From: Macrostomum lignano
Lineage: Eukaryota
Length of the DNA stretch: 64,000 nt
Assembly: GCA_002269645.1 (NCBI GenBank)
Contig: NIVC01001050.1
Span: 309,679 to 373,678, forward strand
Direction: 5' to 3'
Of the stretch, positions 53,341 through 64,000 are shown piece after piece (the first letter of the stretch is position 1; every line of letters starts with the position of its first letter). The notes below the pieces were generated by a model that searched no databases, had not been told where the DNA came from, and was given only the letters and a program-made list of their open reading frames with translations. The position numbers and the translations under genes are program-made.

Positions 53341-54083
53341 AGGCTACCAAAATTGTCTAGCATTGGGCACTAAAATAGAACAGTAGGCAAATAAACTAGA
53401 TATTTAGACTACGCTGGTACTAAACTAGATTTGACATGACAGATTTTATAATTAAATTTGATTGAATTTGTGAATGTGCCTGAGAGTGAACTCTCGGGTA
53501 ATTGGCTGAACGAATCAGTGAGTGGGTCGGTGAATAAGTAGGCCGTTCTGTAATCTGAGCTTTTTAATAGTGAAGGCGCCTGGGCAGAAAAGCAAGTTTT
53601 TTCGTCTTCTCTACTCTTGAAAGAAGGAAGTGAAGAGTACAACGCTTGACTTGCTAATTAGTTCAGGCTTAAATATTCGGGCTACCCTAGCCGTAGGGTC
53701 TGTGTGGTACGGAGGCCGGAGCAATGGAAATCGTATGCATACACAAGGCAGCGTGTGTTAACCAACGCATTTTATAGATTGCCGCCTTATGTCTCCGGGG
53801 CTTAGTTGGGCCCCACATAGCTGCTGCTCTCTTCTCCGGCGGCGAGGCTAAAGTCATCCATCAATTTGCCACGTGTCCGTCTCTTAGCCTTCGCTTCAGT
53901 CACGGTGGGAAAGCTTTTTCTAGAAGCCAGCATTCCACCCCTCACCCCGTTTGATGCTCGCGCCTCGTAGCAAAATCAACTAGCGTGTACTTTTACTCTT
54001 TGTCGGATGTAGGCTCCAGAATCTTTTAATTGAATCCCTACTACTAATACTACTGCTACTACTACTACTACTCCACTCCCCAG

Positions 54084-54919
54084 GTGCCCTCGGTGTTCTC
54101 ACCTTGGCCTTCGTTGCCGGCTACGGATGGCGTCGGTGGGACGGCTGGGCCGAGGAGGACAACCCCATGCTGGCCCCGCTGGACACGCTCTGGTGGTTCA
54201 TGCAGCCGATGCTGTTCGGCCTAATTGGCGGCCAGATTCTATTCGAGAAGATCCACCTGCTGGCTCTGATCAAAGGTCTCGCCGTGGTGGGCATCGGCCT
54301 GGTCTTCCGCATGGTGGCCAGCTTCCTGTGCATGCTGGGCACCAATTTGAACTTCAAAGAGCGCCTATTCGTGCCCTTCTCCTGGCTACCGAAGGCCACT
54401 GTACAAGCCGCCATCGGTCCGGTGGCGCTGGACATGGCTCTGGCTAAGTCGCCACGCAATGAGGAGCACGTGGACATGGCTCTGCAGATCCTCACCATCG
54501 CCGCTATAGTGATCATGCTGACTGCCCCTGTCGGCGCATTTCTCATCTCCCTGCTTGGCCCGCGTCTTCTCGAACGCGACAAGAATTGGGAGTTGCAGCA
54601 CTTTGATCTGAGCGCGCAGCATAATTCTCACGGGCACAGTCACGGCGGTCACGGGCACAGTCACGGTGGTCACAGCGTCGGTCTTCTCGGCCAGGGAGCT
54701 GATCAGCAGAGTCTCCAAGGTCTGACGCGACAGAGATCCCACGCTGCGGCTGTCAACGACACGGATATTGAAGCGATGCAGATGGCGGTGGCAGCGGCGG
54801 GACCTCGCAGCAACGAAGAGGAACAAATCGTGTGGCGTCTGAACGGAAGCACCCTGGAGGGAGTTCGCCAGTCGCAAGACGCCGATCTCATTGCGTCGCT
54901 TCGGCGGACGTCCCTGTGA
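54084..54919 (+). CDS. SLC9B2: SLC9B-like terminal exon 4 (GALGVLTLAFVAG..QPMLFGLIG..ERLFVPFSWLPKATVQAAIGPVALD..IMLTAPVGA..His-rich tail)
   Basis: Diagnostic NHA motifs QP.LFGLIG and W.PKATVQAAIG; CCCCAG acceptor; phase matches the exon 3 donor; TGA at 54917-54919. Confidence 0.95.
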
Positions 54920-55304
54920 ACTTTGTTGACAAAATATTTTTACTTCTGGACTAAAGAAATTAGTTCAAGCATGCGGTTTTGTGTGTCGCTTTTTACTCTG
55001 ACTATAGAATAGAGTTTTGTAGATTCACTGGATTGGATAGAAATCTGCTGTAGACGGCTCATTTTTGACGTGATGATTTCTGGTTAACCATTGAAAAGCT
55101 CTTGAAGTTTCTCGCCCTTCTATTTATCGCATAGGGATGATTGTTTTGTGCGTACGAGCTAATTTTGGTTCTGGGAGTCATCTAAGAGAAAATTTTTGAG
55201 CAGGGGTCGGCAGACTCTGGTCGCAAAGCCTCTTTATCCGGCTCTCGGGTCCTTTGAAACTTCACAATAGCAATCCGCCCCCCTCTCAGGGTTCATCTCT
55301 TCTC

Positions 55305-55630
55305 AGCCCTCTCCTCTCCTCTCCTCTCCTCTCCTCTCCTCTCCTCTCCTCTCCTCTCCTCTCCTCTCCTTCTCTCTATCCTCTCCTCTCCTCTCCTCTT
55401 CTCTCTCTTCTCTGTCTTCTCTCCTCTGACGAAGAGCCCAGAGGCTTGAAACCGGTAGCCTATATCGCTCGTACTAAATTTTTAACACGCCGTGACTTCT
55501 CTTCTCTCTCTTTACTTCTCTCTCTTCTCACCTCTCCTCTCCTCTCCTCTCCTTTCTCTTTCTTCTTTCCTCTCCCTTCTGTCCCTTCTCGTCTCTCTCC
55601 TCTCCCATCTCATCTCCCCTCTCACCTCTC
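55305..55630. repeat. (CTCTC)n and CT-rich tracts
   Basis: Two pyrimidine tracts separated by ~70 nt of unique sequence. Confidence 0.88.
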
Positions 55631-57918
55631 CCTTCTTCTTTCCTCTTTGATCTAGCCCGCAGTCATGAGCTGGATTCTTTATCTGTCCCTTGAGGTAAGA
55701 CAAGTTCATCCGACAGGTGGAAGATGTTAAATGTACCGGGAAACTATGGACAAAAATGGGATATTATTTCATAAATAGTCCTGTATTGCAACTGCGATTA
55801 ACAAAAAAACTGCCATTTTTGCTTCGCAAACAAGGTTGAAAATATCTAGAAAGCCTTTTTTAAATATATAGTAGTTTGTTTATGTATCGTAGCATTAAAT
55901 ATCGGCGTTAATAAACTTTAAGGGCCTGAGCTTATAGTAACAAAGTTGAAGCATGCAATCCTGAAATCAAGAACTACTCAAGTAGTCCTTGTCTGAAATA
56001 TGCTCATATTCAACATATTCATTTTCAATTTCTTCATGAATTGTTGCTATTGTAAATTAGAAGCAATTTTACCAGAAATTGATGCTATATACTTGAAATC
56101 TTGAAATCTTCTTCAGTTTTGTAGTTCTGCGGTGAATTTTTCAGGGGCGTTGCATATAAATAGCTATATTTGTCGTCATGCCATGCCTCGCATTCATATT
56201 TTTTCTTATTAAGTTAATATTTCAGGACACAAATGCTCTAGCATCATTACAGTGTACTTTTGTTTATGTGGTGAAAATATCAATTCAAATTCAATTTACA
56301 AGGTGTTGATTCGGTGGCAACTGGCATGCTCAATGCTGTAATGATCAAATCTTGAAATCTTGCTCAGTTTGAGCCGTCTCAGTTGCCTTGCCGCACATCA
56401 AACTGTTCACAATTTATGTTTTCCCGTATTTTTGTTAACAATTACGCCGACCTCATGATCCCCCCGTCTGTTGCGCCTTGTGACGCACTCAAAGTGAATG
56501 CAACACTTGTTTTTTTCTCATTTTCCTCTTTTATTTATTATTAGTTGAGAGAACACTTCGACGAGCATTTTGTTTAACAATATCTCGATAGATTGATCCT
56601 TTTGTACTATTTTTTCTACCATAAGTAGTCGCAGAAATACATCGCTCTCAAAACACTGTCATTTTAATTCGCCTTCATCGATCTATTGCAAATACAAGGA
56701 AAAGCAATAGACAAATCTTTCTACACAATGCCTGGTTGTCCGAAAGCGAGATTTCATTAATCAAAGTGAGCTTAAACAAAGTGGATTGTATTGTTCTATT
56801 AAAATTGCATAGCTACAATAGGACGAGTGTTACCAAAATCTTGATGACTGTTCATTTCTCCAGGAGTTCAGATTCATAATACATGTAATTTATAAAATTT
56901 TATGTACATTTTAATCAGAACTATCAGTACGTAAGGTTGGTTGAATCAATTGTAGCAAAGATTTGGTGCACCCTGCCTTAACTAATGTCTTCGGGGACAT
57001 TGTCCCCACAACCAAAGTTGAGGGCACAACAAGCGCACATAGATATTGTACGCTCACACAGGATGTACATTGTACAGCCGCCCATGACTTTCCAATAGTC
57101 AGTCATGTACGTACACTTGATCTCTGTTGCTATGAGGGCCAGTCCGAGGTTCTGACTGATGCCATGCATCCACATGCAGCCATGCTATGCTACAGTGTGT
57201 GCTGCGTGCTCTTCTTGAGTGCTTTATAATTTGTAGATTACTAAATTCGATTGATAGAACTTTGTTGAGAACGTAGTATATTTATTACCTACAATCATTA
57301 CCTACTTGCAACAGAAGTTCTTGTAGACACAAAACCCCATTTTTTGTACCGGTACACGATATTGCGTCATTAAGTGGCAATTTATAAGCGGGTCATTAAA
57401 TATTAGTGAGCCATTGCATTACAAATTGTGTAAAATGGGGGATAAAAACTATCAGAGTAAACATTAGGGAAAGATCGCTGCAAGAATTGTCTACCCCAAG
57501 TAAACTTTTATGAATAAAAATAGCGAAATATTTATAAGCTATTAAAACACAAGTTTTGTCCTATATAGTTCTCGCGGAGCATTCTCGAGGATAACATAAA
57601 CGTTTTAATATCAATTATTATTGGCTTTCAGTTCGGAGTTGCCGGTACATTCCGCGTCCTACATAAAATCAATCACCTTGATTACTGTCTATATCGATAT
57701 TATTAGGTAAGCATCTGGATCCTAGTTGGCTGCCACCACTTCAGGCCAATTCCCAGAAAGCATTCGAACAGCATCAAATACTATACTGATACAACAAACA
57801 ACTTACAACTTTTGTTAAATATCAATAGAAAGAAGGCTGAATTCAACCTCGCCAGAACTACACACACAGTTTAAATCAAATAGCATTGTTTTTTTTTAGT
57901 CTGCCACAGGTTCCCGAT

Positions 57919-58687
57919 TTATTTTTTCAGGTGCACATCCAGATATTCGTCGCTCTGGAACTCGCTGTTTGGTGGTGGCAGGTCATCCTCGGCCAGGGAA
58001 TCGCACGATACGGCGTGCTCGTTAACAAACGGCCCCGATAGAGCCAGTCGGTTCAGTTGCAGCTGGTCATAAGGCTGCTGGTCCTCCGGCATGCCAGCTG
58101 GTTGCAGGTTGGGCAGACCGGCGGGCACCAGGTTGCCAATCGCCGCCGGACCAAAAGCCATGCTGGGTCTACGAGGCTGCTGGAACTCCGAGTTCCGAAT
58201 CGCATTTGTTGGAACTACAGCAGCACCCGAAGCAGCCACCGAGCTAGTCGCAGTTGGGGTTGTCCCAGCAGCCGACCCGACGCTAAAAAATGTTGGCCTA
58301 CGGTCCAACTCCAATACGGCGTGGCTCAAATCCAGCCGGCGTTGTTCTTCGTTGTCGTGGCAGCTGTCCCAGCTGAGAGCGCCGCCTTGCCTGTACATGG
58401 ACGCCGTGGCGGCGGCGGCCGACATACTTTGCCTCTGGAAACTGTTGTGCACCCAGCCGGTGTCGCCAATGTCTGAATCGGCCGAGCCTTGTCTGCGAAG
58501 CTTAGCGCAGATGTACATAAGACCCAATGCAAACATGGTCAATAACAGGATTAGCAAGCTGGCAAAGCCGGACACAACTAAATTACTGGCGTTTAGGCTA
58601 TAGGTTGAGCCAGTTGAGTTTGCTACAGCTGAACCCGGGTTGTCCGTTGCTGAACTCATGATCGGCATGCAGTCGGTCACAATGTGG
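57919..58687 (-). CDS. Unrecognised single-pass membrane protein, terminal exon (from ATG 58668: 249 aa)
   Basis: GC-rich, codon-like ORF with one hydrophobic helix (LVVSGFASLLILLLTMFALGLMYIC) followed by AKLRR. Candidate acceptor GGTTGTAG at 58688; TAA overlaps an AATAAA. The ORF part upstream of 58688 is AT-rich and probably intronic. Confidence 0.7.
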
Positions 58688-61113
58688 CTACAACCCTGTG
58701 TAGTTGAGGCATGTGGAATGAATTGACGGATAATTGCTTTTCTATGCGCATTTGCTGCATCCAACTGCAGGTTGAAGCGCATTTTGTTAAACACAGAGAG
58801 CGCTAAACATGGCTTAGCTGCGTTAAATGATGAAAATCTCTGTATACACACACGAGCGCACGAGCCATAGTTGCCAAGTGAAGAAGCAGTGTTAGCTATG
58901 GCAACTGTAATTGACTCTACTATTAGCAAGATGTGGTTGGACCGGAAGCTCTTGCAAAAATTGGTCACTTTATAATTATACTGCTTAGCTAAACTGATTA
59001 AATGCGTTAAAAGGGCTAAAAGATGTTCATTTCCATGCAAATGTCGCACTATTATATTTTGAACAATTTTGTTTTACAAGAGATTATAATTCGTTTCGCA
59101 CCGATGCACGTAAAAGTCTAGCCTAGAGAGCTTTGTAGGTACAACACAGTAGTTGTCCGTAATGTGTGCATAATGTACTGAGTCGAAGGACGGGAAACTA
59201 CATTTCTTAGAAAATGTAAGGAGGCTATCTTTTCAACGAAAAATACACACTACGGAGATAGGAATTAACTTTTCATGTTTTTCATATTAAAGTTCTTATT
59301 ACTTTCGATAGAGGCAGACCCAATGCTCATCTTTTGATAGGTTTTGCCTATGTTATAGCGATCTATTGATATTTACAAAGCTTTTTGTTCAGAAAATTAG
59401 AATTTATGTCAATTTTTTATTCTACGTACAGTTGCATAGTCCTGTGCTAAAAACCATATATTAAAATGACACGGCTCAGCTCATTGGCGTTATGAATGTA
59501 GTTTTATCATTCTTAGCTGACTGTGTAACAAAATGTGTAACAGAAATGATACCGGTCCTTACTTGTCGAGTTGTCATTGAATGTACACTCACATTGTAAT
59601 TACGATTATGCATTGATTGAATCAATAGCCCATTGACAAAAGTGCTACAAATTGGGACTCATAGTACTCATAAGTACTCATGGCTAACTGAACGTCAGTA
59701 AAATTAAATTTAGGTCTAATGTATATACTCACACGCATCTGCAACTCGAAGGACAATGGGAACGCGTGGATCAGACAATAATTGTAAATTGAATGAGTAA
59801 TGTACATTTTATCTATACTATTTTTTCTACGATTCACAGCTTCAGATTGGTACTCGATCGTTGATCCATTCTGAGCTATTACATAGCACACATTAATTAA
59901 ACTTTCTACGAAAGTTTATGGTATTTCTTCGGTGCGACTGCAAAGGTTATTTCATTTACGTGCAACATATACACATTCACGGAGTACAATACAGTAACTG
60001 GTTGGTCGATTTCAACTTGAGTTAATCTTAAAAGGGGCTTCAGTTCTTAAATCCTAAATTAAATCTTTTAATTCTTAAAACTCCGCCAGTGTTGCGACAA
60101 TAAATGACCTTTTTTACGTTGTGACAACAAGTGACCTTCCTTTTTTATTGCCTTATAGAATCTTTTTGAAAAATTTTTGGGTATTTTTTCTGCTTTCTTG
60201 CAATACTATTTACAGTTGAAAATTGATACATCGATAGATTTGTTTAAATGCTTAATTACAAGCTTTAAAACCTAGAAAGAGTGGGAAATTTACGCTTATA
60301 AATGTGAGCACTCTTTTTTTCACCTTTTTTCTACTTCACAGTAACTCTTCTGCATGATTCTATAACGTGCACGCCAGGTATATTTTATCAGGAGTGATAC
60401 ACGCCAACTGTGCATGCCTACTTTTGGCGTGCAAGGCCAATGTACGCCCGAATTTTCGGGCGTATACTACATGATCCGGAGTGTGGCTACCATTGAGGAT
60501 TGAATGTCTTTACAAAAATTTACTTTTAAGAAGTATATATGTTTTACTTTTAAACAAATTTCACATTGCATTAGACCTACCACTTCTCACATTCTCTGGC
60601 TGGTGTAGCTATAGCCTAATAATCAGCTACAATTTTCTGAGTTGCCTATTGCCATAATGTCTGGTTGACAAAATGCTAGTTGACAAAATGTCAATCACTG
60701 TAAATGCTATAGTCATAGTCAGATGTTACAATTGGCATTATACAAGATGGCATAAAGCATAACCATGGTTTAACACATTTTTTGGTACTAAACTATGCTT
60801 ATAACTCATTATTTCAATCTATTAGGCCTACAAGGATTGGATACAAGTAGATATGCTGCAACCTTCAAATACCAAGGGAGGAAAGAGGGAGTAAAATAGG
60901 ATAGAAAGGGATTAGAGAGAGAGGATAGAAGGGGAGTAGACTTAAATTTAATTTTGTAGACTTTTTATTCAATCAGAAAGCTAATAGGCGTAGGTGGGAG
61001 GTATCAATTTTAATCTTTGTGTACAACTGCAAAGATTCATCTTTTTGCCTTCCATAATACATTGGCTATGTATTATAATATAAACTTTTGGAAATTTCCT
61101 CTCTACACGAATT

Positions 61114-61682
61114 CCAGTTGTTTCGCCCCAAACCATTTTGGCCATACATTTGCCCATAGTCCATTTTGCCCATAGTCCATTTTGCCCATAAACTAGTTTG
61201 GCAATGGTCATTACGGCCAAAATGGTGATTATGTATTTTAGAGATACACATACATGTATCTTTATTTTTCAATGCTAATTTTTAGTTTTAATTTGTAATA
61301 AAATATTATCTGAATTGTTGCCACAACAATTGTGTTATTGCGTAATTGCAATTTTGTTTATTACAATACAACACATGTTTTTTTTAAGTCATTCCTTTTC
61401 AAAAGTGCAGTAATTATTTAAACCAATTTGTACAATTAGAAGGTGAGAAAGGATTTCTCAGTCAATTAAAGCACAAAGCATAAAACCGTGATAAAGTATA
61501 AAGTAAAAATGGTTGTCAGCAGTGCTCTTGGCACTTTTGTATCATCTCGCATACTTTGTTCATTTCAACCCTAGTACAAATTAGAGGCAAAACAGTCCAT
61601 GGCCAAAACGGTCTGTGGGCGAAATGGTCTGGGGGCAAAATGTCCATGGCCAAAACGTTTATAGGCAAAATGACTGGTTATC
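61114..61682. mobile_element. Putative non-autonomous TIR element (MITE-like) with subterminal GGCAAAATG-type repeats
   Basis: Left end CCAGTTGTTTCGCC plus CCATTTTGCC repeats; right end GGCAAAATG repeats ending GGCAAAATGACTGG (inverted). No clear target-site duplication. Confidence 0.4.
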
Positions 61683-64000
61683 TTCTACACACTAGTATTC
61701 AATGCAATATCAATAATGTATATAGCTTAACTATTGTATCTTTTTCAAAGACTAGGGGCATGTTTGCAATTTTTTTGATAAAAGCAGCCTTATCTAGAGT
61801 ATAGCAGTCATAAAAGTATATTCTTTATTGTATATAGAGAAGTAAATTCTTTTTACATTTTTAAGGAATTAATAATTTGGTTCTTAACAGGCATTTTGGA
61901 CTTAGGTTATAAAATATAACATACAAGGCACTATATACTATATAGAGCAAGGTTACCCCAAAATAGGCATTTAATAATATTCTTATACTTTTTAGGGCCT
62001 ATGTATATAACTATGGTTTTAAAGTATCAGTTCCAAAAATAATTTGTCTTACTTAGCCATCTCTAAAATAAGTGAGAATGAAACGACATAATTAAAAGAT
62101 GAACAAAACTCTATCTAACCTGCCTCTATGAAGCTAGAAAAGTTAATGCACTGCCAAATAGGCTTGGCTATACCACCATTGGAAAGTTTTATAGTAACCA
62201 TATAAAAGAATAGTAGCTCTGCTCAAAGTCTATAAACTAGGCTAAAATCTTTGAATATGCTGAGATTTACCTTGTATGTTTAATTGATTTGCCATACTTT
62301 TGATAAGGGAGCTAGAAATGACTCTAACCTTTGATTACATAATTAGTAGTCATCTCTTCACAAAGGTATACTTTCTTTTATTATACTTCTAACATTTTAG
62401 ACTTTCTATTTCTTGTCTTAAATCCTCTATTAATTATATGCCAACCTTCTAGAAGTCATATTTTTTTAAACCTTATCCTTTCAATGCCAACCTAGTGCTT
62501 GTTGTATAATGGAAAAAAACTTTTTATCAATTAGTTATAGAAGCAATGCCCCATAAATTAATTTTCCAATGATTGAATTGTAGTCTTTAGGATAGTTTCA
62601 ACTATCTAATAGTAGACACTAGACATAGATCATTAGCAATCTGCTTCCAAAACTCATATACTAAAGAGAACAGTCTATCTTCATCAAATGCAACAAAAAG
62701 TTGCTGGATATAGACTATAAGATGTTTTAATTTTGACCCATTGCTTAACAGTAGAGCTTGTTAAGTTTTGAATTTTTGTTATTAGTATTAGTTTATAAGG
62801 CCTACTTTTGGAATTATATATATCAAATCTATCAAATAGTCAATTATCACTAATAAACAATCTCACCAACAAGCTAATGCAAGAAATAAGCACTAGATGC
62901 TAATAAATAAATTGCTTAATACCTACAATATTTAGTAAAAAACATGCTAATTGCTCTACTAATAAAAAAACATACATACTTTTAGACAATTGAAGTTTAG
63001 GGCCCTATATTGCTAAAGATATATGGCCTCATCAATAAAAACATTTAACAGGGATTTTTTATGGTTTGAAAAAATCTATATTAGTCAAACATATAAAGAC
63101 TGAAATGACACAGAAGATTCTTTTTTATATTATATTGAAGTAAAAATGCAAAAAAAATAATTAAAAAGTTAACAAGCGTACAATATTAATCTCAATAAAG
63201 TAGCTTGTAATACAAACTATAGGAATTTGGAGTCCAATTAATGTTTTGTATGGGTTTGGCATGGGATTTTGTTCTAGGATTTTTGAGGCTTTCAAACTTT
63301 ATAAATTCTAGTTAAGTTAAAAACTTTAATTAAAAATACAATTACTTCACTAACTGACTACTTAGTATAAAGGGGGTGGGATAAGTAGCATAGTAAAAAT
63401 GCATTTGACTCATGCTGTTGCCTTGAGTTTATACTCTGGCAAGACCACATTAATTTTGGGTATAGCTATGGATACTAGGGGCTTGATATGCAATTTGTAT
63501 TCTTCAAGGTCAACTTCTAAATACCTGATGATAAAAGTTAGAACAGATATAGACCCATGTATAAGTGGTGCCTAAGTATATAACTGTGCTATCATTGAAG
63601 CTCTAGAGATGCTCCAGAGCTTGTCAATGTTTCCAACAATTTTTCAAAGCTATTACAGTGTATTGCTTAATAAAATGCCTTAGCCAGTAGATGCAATGTG
63701 GCACAGTGCTCTAAAATAGCCTTCTGTCTTTGCCTACAGATGTTGGAGCCTTAAACTTGGTCTCCACTCTAACTTTGGTCTTAGCTTTACCTCAGCCTTA
63801 GCTAGACCATCTATCAGTAGCATCTCCTTGGTAAAAAAGCAAATCTATTTGCAACACTTCCATATAGCTGAGAGTTTACTCAAATTGATAGCTTTGGGGC
63901 ATGGTTAGCCCTGATTATAGCAAGCCAGTAAAGCCAATGATTGAAGTAACTTTTTATATTCCAGTCTATATGAGCCACTAGTAGAAATTGAAAAATTGTC

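Noticed and set aside
58688-59049. N-terminal 120 aa of the 376-aa minus-strand ORF
   Set aside because: Composition shifts to AT-rich, there is no signal peptide, and a candidate acceptor lies at 58688; likely intronic read-through.
62000-64000. Relic ORF on the minus strand with stops reversible by C>T
   Set aside because: Stop density (about 7 in 130 codons) is close to random for this AT content, and I recognised no family motif.

Overview
Animal (metazoan) genomic DNA, very rich in tandem repeats; no prokaryotic features and no CRISPR. The GC-rich exons buried in micro- and minisatellite-packed introns resemble a Macrostomum-type flatworm, but that is an inference only. Four spliced protein-coding loci were reconstructed by hand from GT-AG sites and frame continuity. 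(1) ACADVL on the minus strand: six 5' exons from ATG 7426 to 537, running off the left edge. (2) A complete 8-exon CDKL1/4-like kinase on the plus strand, 22934-30672, 368 aa. (3) A 4-exon SLC9B/NHA-type cation/H+ antiporter on the plus strand, 41933-54919, with a 1-nt frameshift at ~47072 and a His-rich tail. (4) An unrecognised single-pass membrane protein exon on the minus strand, 57919-58687. Mobile DNA: two fragments of one R1/LOA-like LINE family in opposite orientations (8700-9600 minus, 10600-12150 plus), a 39-bp TIR-only insertion with an 8-bp target-site duplication inside the decayed RT, three copies of a tRNA-derived SINE, and weaker MITE candidates. About 30 distinct tandem arrays are present, several with higher-order structure (189, 88 and 106 bp). 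Sharply bounded CpG-free blocks (ACADVL 5' end; 60.5-64 kb) alternate with CpG-normal DNA. Most long ORFs in the supplied track are repeat artefacts. Repeat boundaries are approximate.
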